Positions 23,401-30,322 of a stretch of 64,000 nt of DNA are shown here, one piece after another. A program made the position numbers and the translations under genes. Numbering within the stretch: position 1 is the first letter of the stretch; every line of letters starts with the position of its first letter. Source of the stretch: a virus; IMG/VR virus record IMGVR_UViG_3300034954_001540, positions 1 to 64,000 of that record. One strand, written 5' to 3'. The notes under the pieces are model-generated. The model made no database searches and was not told the origin of the DNA. It saw nothing but the letters and a program-made list of their open reading frames with translations.

Positions 23401-26400
23401 CAGGCAAACTGAAGCACGTTGGTAACGAGATTCTGCAAACTCTGTATGCATGGGATCAAGCATTCGTCCTTTCCAAGTATGTAATTACTACAACTGACAC
23501 AAATCTAACTGGCACCTATACACAGAGACTGAGAATTCCTAACAACTTTGCATCTCCTGCATCTCAAGCCATTCAAGATGAGTTTGATCTGTTGGGTCGT
23601 GAAGTGCTGGAAGTCTTGGCACCTAATCCTGATATCTTCAGAGATACTGGCGTCCTTATCTGGAAAAACCGCAACTATATCGCAGAAGAAGTTGCTGGAT
23701 ATATTCTCGACAAGTATGAGATCAACCTTAATGGCACCGAGACTCAATTCCTCGTTATGCCTGGTTATGGTCAACCATACTGTGAGAGAGACGTTAAAGA
23801 CTTCATTCTCCCTGCTGTAATTGCTGATCTTTGCACTGGTGGCACATATCAGACTGAAGCAGTTATTGATCAGTATCTGGATTCTCAAAACAACATCTTG
23901 CATGTTGAGCATGAGTTGAATCCAATGTTGGACGCATTTGATCACGCTAAGATGCTTGCACAGAAAGCAGGAAACAACTTGCTTCTCTCACCTGGCGAGG
24001 TTTCTGCAGATCTAGGCGCTCCTGGCTGGGCACAAGATGATTATCACACTCCTCTGTATACTTCTCGTGGAGCATATAGAGATGATACCATCACAATCGA
24101 TGACGAAGGTTATCCTCAAGATAACGTTTCTAACTGGAATCGTTTCAAGGATGCTACTAACGCCCTCAAGGCTAACATTGATCTGATTGCTCATGAGGCA
24201 GTTGAGACAATGAATGACATGTCTAAGTATGCACAATTCAAGATCAAGGGTGGTCCTGTAAACTGCACCGATGACGTTAAGGACATCCTTAACGCTATGG
24301 TCCATGACCTCAATTACAACTGTAATGAAAGAACTTGGGATGCTGCAAGTCTCTATGTTGAAACAGAGAATAATTCTCTGAAGCACATTGAAGATGACTG
24401 GGAAGCAACTATTTCTGTCATGAAACTGGTCAGAGATATTGCTACCGTTACCATCAGAAATGGATTCGGTAGAGATTATATTCCTGGCAATGATCCTAAT
24501 AATGTCGATCCTTCTACTTACGAGGCAAACCCCAGAGAGCAAATCTTTGCTGATTGTGCTGATGCTATTGATTCAAATATTCGTTGGATTGCTGAGCAAG
24601 CAGTTAAGGCAGGCACCACACAGTATCCTTCATTGCAAATCAATGGTGGTGCTAGTGCAATGTGGTGGAAGGAATTCACTCCCACCAATGCAACTTATGT
24701 TGCTACCTCTGGTGTATTGACTCTTACAATTCCTGATCATGGACTCAACGTTGGTGAGCATATTAGTATTGCAGCAAATGGTCTTACATTTACCTGCAGT
24801 CAAGATAATTATGGATCTAACCATCCATATCCAAGAAATACTGACCCTGTTTATGAGAAGCGTATCGTAATTACAAGTACAACTCAAGATACAATCTCAG
24901 TAGATGTTGGTGTGTCTCCTGCTGGTCAGCAATATACTCACCAGTTTGTATCTGCAGTCTCTGGCGCTATCCGTTATGGATGGAGCGATGGTGGAGAGCC
25001 CTTTACCCCAACTGCTATTACCTACACAGCAAGCACGGGTGATATGGTAATGACCATCCCCAACCACTCTTTCAACGTTGGTAATAGACTGTCTATTTCT
25101 GAAGATTCTCTGACATTCACTTGCTCTCAGGATGCCTACGGTAGTGAGCATTCTTATCCACGCAAGAGCGATCCTGCATATGGCACAACTCGTGCTGTCA
25201 CTGCAGTTGGCACATCTAGTCAGAATGTTACTGGTGCAACTTACGACCCAGTTTCAGGTCTGATGACAATCACTACGAGTGGTAATCATGGATTGGTAAC
25301 TGGAAACAGAATCAAACTTGCTACTGATTCTCTGACATTTACTTGCACAATGGATGGCAATGGTAGCAACCATGCATATCCTCGCTCTACTGACCCTGCT
25401 GCTAATAAGTGGTTGTTTGTCACTCGCGTTGATGATGATACATTCTCCTGCTATGTGGGTGTTGCTGCAAATTCAAATCAGTATGCACATACATTTGTGA
25501 GTGCTTCTGCTGGTGCAGTTATCAAGCAAGATGGTCAAGTTACAGTCAACGTTGGTGCATCTCCTGCTGGTCAACAGTATACTCACCAGTTTGTGAGTGC
25601 TAGACCAGATGCAATTATCTCCGCTGGAAGTATTGATTGTGTCCATGACGTAACTGATATTCTCAGAGCGTTGGTCTTTAACCTCAAGTATGGTGGTGAC
25701 AACTGGATTAACTGGGTATCTGAATTCTATACAACATACTCTGGATCTCTTGCACACGTTACCTCACTGGCAACAGAAGTTAATTGGATTCTGGAAGAAA
25801 CCAAGAGACTGGTTAAGCGTGCAATGCGTGGTCAGATCATCAATAACGTTGCAAATTATGGTGGATCTCTTGAGACAAATGGTGGGCAGACATTTACAAA
25901 TGCCACACCTAAACCCACCACGGTGCTTCGCAACTCTACACCTGATGGTGGTATTACTCTGGGTGGTGACTATAGCAACACCGTTACCCGCACATTTACT
26001 AACGGCACAAGCAACATTGCAAGTGGATCTGCTTCTGCAACTGGTATAACCAATGATGAAGATCTGGTTGGTAGTTGTGTGACGGTGCTTCCTGCTGGCA
26101 CACCTTCTGATGGTTGCCTCTGGGAGCTTGGTGGTAATGGTGCTGGTTCTTGGCTCGGTATTAGAGACAGCGGCACATACCTCCGTCTCCGTGCTGGTAA
26201 TGGTGCCAACTCTTATTCTGGTGGTGCATCTACCTCTACCGACGCAGGTCTTGCACTCCTTGATGTCCAAGTCTCTAGTCTCTCAGCATACTTTGATGGT
26301 GGTCAGCATGAGATTACTTGGGAAATCAAGATTGGTGGCACAGTTGCCGCTGGAAACGGTCGTGTCAAACTCTGGATTGATGGTAATGAAATCGGTGATG

Positions 26401-29400
26401 CATCAACACCTGGATTGAATGTTGGTCTTTATGAAGCAGGTGGATTGTTGGCAGGTGGATCGCAGGGTGGTTTTGGTAGAGCATCTAGCGATAACAGCGT
26501 CCCACAAGGCGAACCTACTGCAGCATGGGCATACGCAACAGGTGACATGTCTTACTACAGATCACGTCTGGTTGATCCTAACTACACAGGTCAGGAGTCT
26601 GATAGCGTTGCTACTGAGATTGATGATCTGATGGCACTGGTTACAGATGCAATCAGTAATCCTGGTAACGTTGCAAACCGTGTCAGCATCCTACCCTACA
26701 TCTGGCCAATTAAGTATACGCCTGAAATTGCAGTTAGAGACACCACTTTGACATTCGACAGTGCTGCTGCTGAATGGAATCAAACTTGTGCTGAGGTTGC
26801 GTCTGGTATTGATACTTTGATGGATATCTATATCGATACGATTGAAAACGCAGCAAATAACAATACTAATCAGTTGAGCTCTATCTCTAGGACAACTAGA
26901 GCATCACAATACACAAATACTGTATATCAAGCAGGTACATGTGAAGGACCACAATCCGCCATTGATACTCTGTTTGATCTCATGTCAGATACTCTTGGTG
27001 CTGGTTTCAATACCGACAAGGTTATTGCCAACATGATCCTCTTTAATAAGGATGCTATTGCACAGAGAGCATATGATGAGACTCTGGCATATTATGGCAC
27101 CACTAATATGACAGTGGACTTTACTGCCAATATCGTCAAGGCAATCAGATATGACATGATCACCAGCGGTAACGCAGGTGGATTTAGACTGGTCCAAGAT
27201 TGGTTTGATGGTGAGGGCAACTTTATCGCATTCCAAGATGTGTCTCGCACACATCTGATATATGCAACTACTCGCGTGCGTGAGTATGTCAAGTCTGTCT
27301 TGTATCAGTTGACTGAAGATCCTGGTTGGAATACTTACAACACCTATCAGTTGGGTCTGAATGGTCGTTTGGATTACAACCGTGAGGCATCTGAATTTAT
27401 TATTGACTCTTCTATCAACCCTGTCGAGTATGCACTAGAAACATCTAAATTCCCAACAGAAGGTAGTGTTACTTGGGTGCCTAGCAGTGATGTAGAAAAC
27501 ATCAGCACAAAATATGAGTTGGGTTATGACTACAACACTGATCCTGCTCTGGTTACTCTTACTCCTATTGTCCCAGTTGGTTTCGACCGCGCTGAATATA
27601 GAGTTAGAATCAATCGCACCAACTCCTTCCGTCGTGGTGATATCCTCCAGTATATCCCAGCATCTGAGACTTCTGTCAAAGCATTCGCTGGTCAAACTTA
27701 CTGGTATGTGATGACTGCTACTGCACAGTGGTTTGAAATTGGTGCCCATTACATGCACGATGGTAGATTCAGAAAACTTGAAGTTGATACCTCTAATAGT
27801 GGTCAACAAATTTTCTCTGTCGTCAGACGTAGTGGTATCTCTAGGAATGCTCCTAAGTATCCTGCAGATCCTTCACAGACACCTATTCAGGGTGGATTCA
27901 ACCCCGCAGACGTTATCTACGGCACCACCTCCGAGTCCTCTTCTGAAATTGGTAGCGTTTCGCTCAACCAAGCAGAAATCAACAGACTCTATACTCGTTA
28001 CGAGTTGGATAATGTCAGTCAGAATCTGGGTGTATATGAAAACTTCATTAACGGTGAGCAAGTCACTGTCCAAGCAAATCCTGCCGTTTCAGGCACGATT
28101 CTCCAGACAGGTAAGACAAATCTCGATGGCGAAAACTTCGTTAATCTGATTACTGTCGCAGGCGTTATTAACGTGGGTGATGTCTTGGTTGGTGCTGATA
28201 GTGGCACGACTGCTGAGGTTGCATCCTTCGATTCTCGCATGTTGATCAACGTGGAGAGAGGATCATTCGCACAAGGCGACTGGTTGTTTGATAAGGATTC
28301 TGCGACTGAAGCATACGCTAACACATACCTCAACAAGTCTGGATCTCTTACAGGTAATGACGGTGGTCGTATCACGATTGACGTTGAGACCATTGGCGAT
28401 GCATGGGAAGCTGGTGATGTTATCTACGGTAGCGTCACTGATTACATCCTTGAAGTTAAGGGTCTCTCTGGCACACAGATTCAACTTAACCAGTATATCC
28501 ACGGCACCAACGTTTACCAGTTGGAGCTTGGTCCTCCAATTATTGACACGGGTATCTCTGATACATTCCGTGTGGGTGATGAAGTTGTCCTCCTGCAGGG
28601 CACCACACGCAAAGATCCTGGATTCTCTGCAACTGTCACAGAATACATTAACGGACTTGATATCACTGATAGCAACGATCCTAACTATCAGATTCACCGA
28701 CTCTTTATCGGTAACTTGCGTGATATTGGCACTGGCGAACCTATCTCCGCTGTCACTCAACCTGCTAACAACATCGGTAAACTTGACCTTGGATCTAACT
28801 TCCCAAGCATTTATGCCAACGTTACATCCTACACCGACACTGGATATACATCCTACGGGCGCGTGGCAGCGATTGAGCAATCTGGTATTACTGCAACTAT
28901 CTGGGTTGAAAATGCTCAGGGTGCATTTGTTGATAACATGTCTGTCATCTCTGACTATGGTTGGGGTGGTGCAGTTGCTAAGGCACGCACGCTTGAGGGT
29001 CGTGTTGATCGTTACTTCCGTGGTTTCGACGGTGATCAGACACAGTTTGATCTCACGATCAGTAATGGTGAAGCATACTTCCCAGATCCTGCTGGTCACA
29101 TGCTCATCTTCGTCAACGGTATCCTACAACCACCTGGCGGTAACAATTCCTACGTCGCATTCTCTGACAAGATTAACTTCTCCGAGGCACCTGAAATTGG
29201 ATCCGAATTCGTTGGTTACTATGTTGGTAAACTCCGTCAGATGGATGACATCAGCTTCGAGTTTGACTCCTTGCGCTCGTCCTTCAACCTCAGACGTGAA
29301 GGTCTCTTCTACTCACTGACTCTGACTGAGGGTGTTTCTTCTAACGTGATCCGCCCAGAAAACAACATCATTGTTTCACTCAACGGTATCATTCAGGAAC

Positions 29401-30308
29401 CTGGCGTCGCATACGAGATCGTCGGATCTAGAATCATCTTCGCTGAAGTGCCTCGCGCAGGATCAACCTTCGTTGGATTCTCCTACATTGGATCTGACAC
29501 AGACGTGATCGCTGCAACCGTTGTGCCTCCTGTGGAAGCAGGTGACAAACTTGAGATTGACGGTGAGGAATTTGCTCGTGACGTTGCTCTGATCGAATCT
29601 TCCAACTCCTTGATTACCTTTGAATACACAGGATCTGTTAAGGGTCGTAACGCTGCTGCACTGGCAACTATCCGCTCTGGTCAGTTAACAAGTGCGATTC
29701 TCACCAATCCTGGTGATGGTTACACCTCACGTCCTAACGTGGATGTGATCTCCTCCTCTGGTTTCGACGGTCGCATTAAGGCACTCATGGGTGTTACACG
29801 CATTGACGTGAAGACTCCTGGCACTTCTTATCTAAATCCAATCGTCCAGATCGACAACGTTGTCCCTGATGACTTTGTTAATCCTTCAGGCACGCCCGTG
29901 AATGGTGGTAGAGACATCTACGACGCCTCTGAATCTGGTGGTGAGGGTGGTGTCACTATCGATCCTGGCACGATTGCAATCACTCAGGATCCTGTCAACG
30001 TTACTGTTAACCAAGGTCAGACTGCATCCTTTACGGTTGCTGCTACTGTCACCAACGGTCAGCAACTTAACTACCAGTGGCAGAAGAAGGAGTATGGCAC
30101 AACTACTTGGAGCAATATCATTGGCGCTAACCAAGCAACCTACAATACCAGCAATGCCGCTCAGGCAGACGATGGTGATGAATACAGAGTTGCAATTACT
30201 GCTGCAGGTGCTACACCTGTCTACTCACTGTCTGCTATCCTCACGGTCCAGACTGGTGCTACGGTAATTTCTAACTTCAGTCCAGTACAAATCTTCGACG
30301 ACATCTAA
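8421..30308 (+). CDS. giant multidomain baseplate/structural protein in the gp7 position (7295 aa)
   Basis: Follows gp6. N-terminal QLPEFIRE...FLFQYY and IKNISDFYISKGT...LFKIMFG as in gp7-like wedge proteins. Contains G-x-GY-x-x-x-P repeats, a YHYH-like segment, beta-propeller-like and two LamG-like segments, CBM-like repeats, helical CxRD repeats and a C-terminal Ig-like domain. Confidence 0.85.
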   Translation: MPTKNINISDRVENQLPEFIREEDRQFVDFLFQYYKSQEKTGRPYDILNNLLTYLDLDSYTSDELSRDTLLLNDIGLNDKDIKIESIDGFKETNGSIMIDNEVIYYESVTRGPDAIITPGVSPAQFDKKKQQLENPFSLFDGTRNTFPLNFLGTPVRPPSAEHLIVITYNDMLIPGVDYFVEGDQIRFQVAPRARSGADDSQFTEITYLVGYADQTIVTADAVPYQEYQGKKEYPLRVNTQPYTPTSAIGLIIKKNNRQLEAYTDYTVFENHVIFRFPLGAADNIHVRSVEYIAPQFGSGASAVVSVDANGQVDRLIPKTGGSGYRLDFEPKVVVQHNNGAGATAKTLVSGIKDITLIDGGQGYTSYNPPIAIVGAPTGGTLAKVALTVDDESGQVDSLTIMNSGSGYDFIPAISFVNPGGCKIGQPTIDSEGRVNIDSIVVEEQGLNYSNPPIVYLDEAPEGGINAQAISRINQDGQVYEIVITNRGRGYVTPPRARIIQPIGAQVLDVTVASGAVTNIEMLTGGRGYTDAPSVYIVDDRKDPYGVPIGGTGATAAATIFNGEITDINITNFGTGYSETEPPKIYIAEPKAARASVAVGFNELTGYEIIEAGRGYSPSAFLGCSRGVSGAVGYDNLHNEIYAGEAALRQSTHPAASTVINLDSLFIREVFDKFRRQYLPTIEIDYSSINPVQVIKNISDFYISKGTELSTQYLFKIMFGEQVDIYYPRDEIISPSAATWVVDTVLRAELIEGDPANLIDSQLTQYADPVDLSVKNAQALIENVITIIEGKDTIYELAISEETLSGSFVIPYKTTLVEPLSTEGQIITVDSTIGWPERNGTIRINDEEVVQYKEKSLNQFIECTRSKNGVVEDWDPGTIVFSDIFVYVNQGTSTECKLRVLGIAEAGTTILNDTGSYYLQGDKLKVAKLGSSAIDERLSSWLYNVKKLIQVTSVTPGGVNNQTATVVCGNPHGLLVSDQVTIYGANPVVFNGTFTVTSRIDEFQFTYQINTPTEIIPEGNILLSVDLNRGKSNVNSINNVVSEFTTNIQNSFFNDDYVYVASSGLPNYKVGPFTGSALIPGNQRKLLRFPRLVQTISERQDIQANTSIGAWVNGVSIWAYKSGEFVRFGPLTGITVDNSGQDYDAGSKPALEITGGGGTGAAGEVVVNGSLTSFVVTNQGSGYTESPLVSIVGGGGIGATAQAVVTGGRVTRILVEQPGTGYTSQPSVSITGGGGTGAEATASVRGPIQSVNITSAGTGYTSLPAVRVNSGEGALAQPIVINGRIVSIAIINSGSGYTTAPEIVINGDGFGAIARAIIGTVGEDKGRVLSVEITNRGIGYTQGLTTVRLESVGDFAEFTPQVFEWNRNLQYDLVNKYDGARGYVFTGLNNQFGGEYAHLSDPKELRYVVGDNVFLNPVTQQFQEVASNFEHSPILGWAYDGNPIYGPYGYIDPTDQNSGIRRLRTSYKLKDNVVFDAATNPNPARIDGPELSTYPAGSFVADYTYDFQSGDLDNYNGRFCKTPQYPDGTYAYFITIDASEAGVAEFPYILGPQFNSLPDQWNFAQGATQENIPQDVVRYRDPYVNVDIDVDRQPNQEADVLTTEIEGYPIIFEIQDSNNDGIIDANEQQEILEMSEEATLQIYDYFPQVSEESRVDIEVETTTQFEDAQIDGFVIENPGVSYQVNDTVFFDDEGTGGFGASALIESVKGQKINSYSKEIIGDRPYGVIVTNANHDLRQQDELIVNSSPVIDNTNKNFKVKVVSGIERINVSQVGVGYNEDIPPTFELITSAGQDGQLEIVLENTGQINRVNIINSGNGYDPENPPQIRVSHPQQFKKTRYWLTEYMEATGIIEVNDIKVTSQRFTYICGKITETDGDESGFLAKFDDLGQKIWERTLIPINANQKRAEFLKMVVNDAPENDLIYVTGQTKNPDNDTFNPDIWLGLYESGFNNANDPDGILKWQRAIAGISGSTRRDYVTSIALDQEQRIYLCGYTDTNSVDPDDMWIIQCGIEGDLVEKRKVASQDDSEKMHQIMMISDDRFFFIGVNDQNDDLIFGEFFYDGANLEMDWIKQVPTVGGRVVNPRMTMDDYGAVIVVWDIFNSAASKYDKINVSKFLLSKAQTEWEWSKTVTTAGDFLEMHHAGISYDQWGNYTLVSDVIEAQNQRYAVVSYMKYDGTLLYQTKVDDTASIGFQAYTHALDNSGDTIIAANRQLSDQLVSWRMGNAANPVEDTTKQELGTYNYFSQSDLTFDAAVYKFGTGSLKFNDVAPITITDLGLQPVEWSGRMWMSMNTTVWGTAHEPTLLHVNDSTNTNSITATIQGDSTDPDYQKVILYLNGTQVASSVAATNWDAFAAGAWVHVTVQKRQESLGLYRYEVFIGGNQQVSYQSTTDVALDDVVICGPSSPPNTSNSFRGNIDDFVLDDIAPYPGTSYTVPTSEIAITTSNSDIALIKFDRAHTQRASYTLTGLNKHSTIEFSDHTIGMTWNSISTGAISEWVVGPGGLQILDMSQTFSTMIPGTYTLSSVYDQYASKTSTIPSPRGKRLVISADVIPKFYIRDALYQKVDNVLELTFNQDVKLTKYSILQQFNNLGTTTAFATITEIPAGTLQNPGVGTKYRVGKTYGTFNTTDRFRTTASPADVNQIEGTYFDTIEEESPWQAGTAYAQGDRVYNQKRIYEAQGAGTSGTIAPQHNTGVVSDGVINWAFIDDAGKFTVDLTQHPYPRPQYTGLDMPEWLPHRLYAVGQRVWYRLNVYEVAAGGGGVTTAVPPTHTTGDVSDGQVTWSHVSTSEAISLKTRLMGYDQGNNYSIEILEVHPGSNFIPNDVVSVNTNNITLAEDEKSVEISGFASVKKIRVTARLEKDIIMTGSVRTDKVYFTSNTPHFYKANDILFTEGFQGNQFNGSFFVDDVIGSREFTLGIRAAAVSDPAFVNNGIQNVNVYAKHPTLLFTRNHQYNFDVGDPSNFGYYLSFSQDNQYKLEYSFNNTVRDGTPGIAGAGAGNPFVKFLVLGDVTNISYYFDPSRTGANSPVGDNSYIDVITTPYQGRFRISEIVSDTEFKFPLNREPERNNAEIGANDQGQEYSFYSTTSTRAVGPINSIKLVSPGGFYKKLPIISDIASFRQIEKVVINDGGTEYAPGVYYDVPVAGDGEGGKVTVTVTPDEETGSGAISLVQVADPGKGYTVASVDIDAIPGILGPTLSGSGGSVTVVIPSEGSGASVFLTGKNIGKIKRLKNNEFGFGYSHDYTLKPEITFPVNLQLFNTSILSEIKIIDPGAGYTSTPAVVIEGGGGEGADAVAVIKNNRLSEIIIKNPGAGYSSEPTVTLKSEFNYVVNLDLNYLQFNFPHGITTGAEIQFRAENVGSTEGILPKPSSAGLTSLVEGQIYYAIAGQQNSLESDQIRFALTLQAAQAGDYITFLTQGSGRQVLLTEVFGGRAEAVVETSRFLEGEEVYQGSAVELASATGKVSTNTGWQIGPKILKIVDYDGDWQVGEKVTGSISKASGVIDNLSIARGVLNIGSLTRTPGKFIDNVGKPSEIVQKIQDSFFYQNFSYVIKSEIPITEWKTQILENNHPAGFNMFGQLQLVGGKDVSGRKVGTEFTKEVNINNYSNVNQITSFGAAQPIYTDYNNTEVLFRKKRLTSSEEILTSIVKKLDDIAPQFNGIDKSFPITVEGEQVIVQQNQLMITINGVIQAPGVSYSIVGGNIVFAEPPKPASRVNYRSIDITPTPIYRIELYSGQAGPPNFGIFPTLGQQIQGADSDVVATVIDSGTTHIDVINLVGGTFNLNEEITRGTLFSALVQSVTQLNSDTIFQFGESITNLEGDTAIIEETNIDDAGNVTDRIVVSKTSGTAQFETGIFDLRLNEYVYSASSKIAGQITFISPYIDPATSDAVDELIINPGSTFYGLLFERLVSITNPNVILDNISQSSITPTELYDSASRINADFLDFEEVRNTEVQYTQLSGGNFQEGDIVINNRANYGNPVSVFHGVAANRFKDASAMILGNKQQIIDFAEAEIAVRHPRFYFPGDVITNSWSRYSDAYRLIQRNKEYIANKAYDEMMTQYTSLTVPDPSKCIRDLELYIDAISIDIFRGGNVYTRKLCQKYFDTNGNFVYVNNESAETRYGFEKAKDLMKLAITNNLTSNFTAPSGQPNGGVTFIPWSEIDHGGYDGNGITADPSPNDPYGTNGANQSNNGTDNCTDVQAAITTLYEVVDETLLNGTLADLPDESLGTYSPGQIKCRRDIGLMIDALAEDVSQGGNYNIIEFTKKYFDAAGAPITNGLIGEYAESLTAIDKAMHLSFQAINNLLYYQVNSRTSVTGFMLKDPTTYQGPYSGGEADLEEFDVSAAVYTPSNGQLVLTIGNHTLTTSDTIKVRPHSLKFTCDADGDRTFHDYPRAGDPAFNTAVAITATTGTTITVNIGASPLVQYTPTAATYNPATGDMELTIGSHSLEINDYVTIANDSLTFTCDMDSNGSNHTYPRSTDPASGKRLFIHAVTPTTITVNVAASPADQQYAHTFVSASANAVSSGGGYTHQFISALPNAVFTGGGTTAKYYDPNYYSGRNESIQNCADVQAYIATLVDISTTAIAAQNLNNINALASITDGTFVAGENIRTTKIAYKDSQGGLFIVGDNISGVTSGATFEAIGSNSGLKWIFADQVTGSFQEGEYITNSTLANQNNVTQSVIEKYYRLSGSKSVRFPSNGYLVTRDSYDFSFGNTADFTIQGWFRADNLSTTQHLFDFRRLSASSGLRITLQTSGAITVYNGTSQLLTGGTLLANNWHHVAVVRTSSVLQLYVDGTQVGGNYADTNDYGYAAIYIGADFNGGNQFTGYMDNVVVKNGQSDFNATFVPPTQIDYSNQYVKFGLDGEQPFVMDNQETYATYTGQRISSAAVKELNYDLNFAIIENVDLGRSAHRNCADIIDLNAAWIAEEAVGRMEAAFPDFVIPGNNVAEGTYQGTNKCIRDTKDYIIGALVKDLRDGGNYNSLYTARTYLEASGKLKHVGNEILQTLYAWDQAFVLSKYVITTTDTNLTGTYTQRLRIPNNFASPASQAIQDEFDLLGREVLEVLAPNPDIFRDTGVLIWKNRNYIAEEVAGYILDKYEINLNGTETQFLVMPGYGQPYCERDVKDFILPAVIADLCTGGTYQTEAVIDQYLDSQNNILHVEHELNPMLDAFDHAKMLAQKAGNNLLLSPGEVSADLGAPGWAQDDYHTPLYTSRGAYRDDTITIDDEGYPQDNVSNWNRFKDATNALKANIDLIAHEAVETMNDMSKYAQFKIKGGPVNCTDDVKDILNAMVHDLNYNCNERTWDAASLYVETENNSLKHIEDDWEATISVMKLVRDIATVTIRNGFGRDYIPGNDPNNVDPSTYEANPREQIFADCADAIDSNIRWIAEQAVKAGTTQYPSLQINGGASAMWWKEFTPTNATYVATSGVLTLTIPDHGLNVGEHISIAANGLTFTCSQDNYGSNHPYPRNTDPVYEKRIVITSTTQDTISVDVGVSPAGQQYTHQFVSAVSGAIRYGWSDGGEPFTPTAITYTASTGDMVMTIPNHSFNVGNRLSISEDSLTFTCSQDAYGSEHSYPRKSDPAYGTTRAVTAVGTSSQNVTGATYDPVSGLMTITTSGNHGLVTGNRIKLATDSLTFTCTMDGNGSNHAYPRSTDPAANKWLFVTRVDDDTFSCYVGVAANSNQYAHTFVSASAGAVIKQDGQVTVNVGASPAGQQYTHQFVSARPDAIISAGSIDCVHDVTDILRALVFNLKYGGDNWINWVSEFYTTYSGSLAHVTSLATEVNWILEETKRLVKRAMRGQIINNVANYGGSLETNGGQTFTNATPKPTTVLRNSTPDGGITLGGDYSNTVTRTFTNGTSNIASGSASATGITNDEDLVGSCVTVLPAGTPSDGCLWELGGNGAGSWLGIRDSGTYLRLRAGNGANSYSGGASTSTDAGLALLDVQVSSLSAYFDGGQHEITWEIKIGGTVAAGNGRVKLWIDGNEIGDASTPGLNVGLYEAGGLLAGGSQGGFGRASSDNSVPQGEPTAAWAYATGDMSYYRSRLVDPNYTGQESDSVATEIDDLMALVTDAISNPGNVANRVSILPYIWPIKYTPEIAVRDTTLTFDSAAAEWNQTCAEVASGIDTLMDIYIDTIENAANNNTNQLSSISRTTRASQYTNTVYQAGTCEGPQSAIDTLFDLMSDTLGAGFNTDKVIANMILFNKDAIAQRAYDETLAYYGTTNMTVDFTANIVKAIRYDMITSGNAGGFRLVQDWFDGEGNFIAFQDVSRTHLIYATTRVREYVKSVLYQLTEDPGWNTYNTYQLGLNGRLDYNREASEFIIDSSINPVEYALETSKFPTEGSVTWVPSSDVENISTKYELGYDYNTDPALVTLTPIVPVGFDRAEYRVRINRTNSFRRGDILQYIPASETSVKAFAGQTYWYVMTATAQWFEIGAHYMHDGRFRKLEVDTSNSGQQIFSVVRRSGISRNAPKYPADPSQTPIQGGFNPADVIYGTTSESSSEIGSVSLNQAEINRLYTRYELDNVSQNLGVYENFINGEQVTVQANPAVSGTILQTGKTNLDGENFVNLITVAGVINVGDVLVGADSGTTAEVASFDSRMLINVERGSFAQGDWLFDKDSATEAYANTYLNKSGSLTGNDGGRITIDVETIGDAWEAGDVIYGSVTDYILEVKGLSGTQIQLNQYIHGTNVYQLELGPPIIDTGISDTFRVGDEVVLLQGTTRKDPGFSATVTEYINGLDITDSNDPNYQIHRLFIGNLRDIGTGEPISAVTQPANNIGKLDLGSNFPSIYANVTSYTDTGYTSYGRVAAIEQSGITATIWVENAQGAFVDNMSVISDYGWGGAVAKARTLEGRVDRYFRGFDGDQTQFDLTISNGEAYFPDPAGHMLIFVNGILQPPGGNNSYVAFSDKINFSEAPEIGSEFVGYYVGKLRQMDDISFEFDSLRSSFNLRREGLFYSLTLTEGVSSNVIRPENNIIVSLNGIIQEPGVAYEIVGSRIIFAEVPRAGSTFVGFSYIGSDTDVIAATVVPPVEAGDKLEIDGEEFARDVALIESSNSLITFEYTGSVKGRNAAALATIRSGQLTSAILTNPGDGYTSRPNVDVISSSGFDGRIKALMGVTRIDVKTPGTSYLNPIVQIDNVVPDDFVNPSGTPVNGGRDIYDASESGGEGGVTIDPGTIAITQDPVNVTVNQGQTASFTVAATVTNGQQLNYQWQKKEYGTTTWSNIIGANQATYNTSNAAQADDGDEYRVAITAAGATPVYSLSAILTVQTGATVISNFSPVQIFDDI

Positions 30309-30311
30309 ATA
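30305..30311 (+). promoter_or_regulatory. putative late promoter (CTAAATA)
   Basis: Overlaps the giant gene's stop, 11 nt before the next ATG. Confidence 0.6.
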
Positions 30312-30322
30312 AAAGTAAAACC

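Noticed and set aside
28288-29319. 343-aa alternative-frame + strand ORF inside the giant gene
   Set aside because: Its Leu/Ser/Thr-rich composition is typical of a shifted frame. There is no ATG start or motif, and the main frame is uninterrupted.
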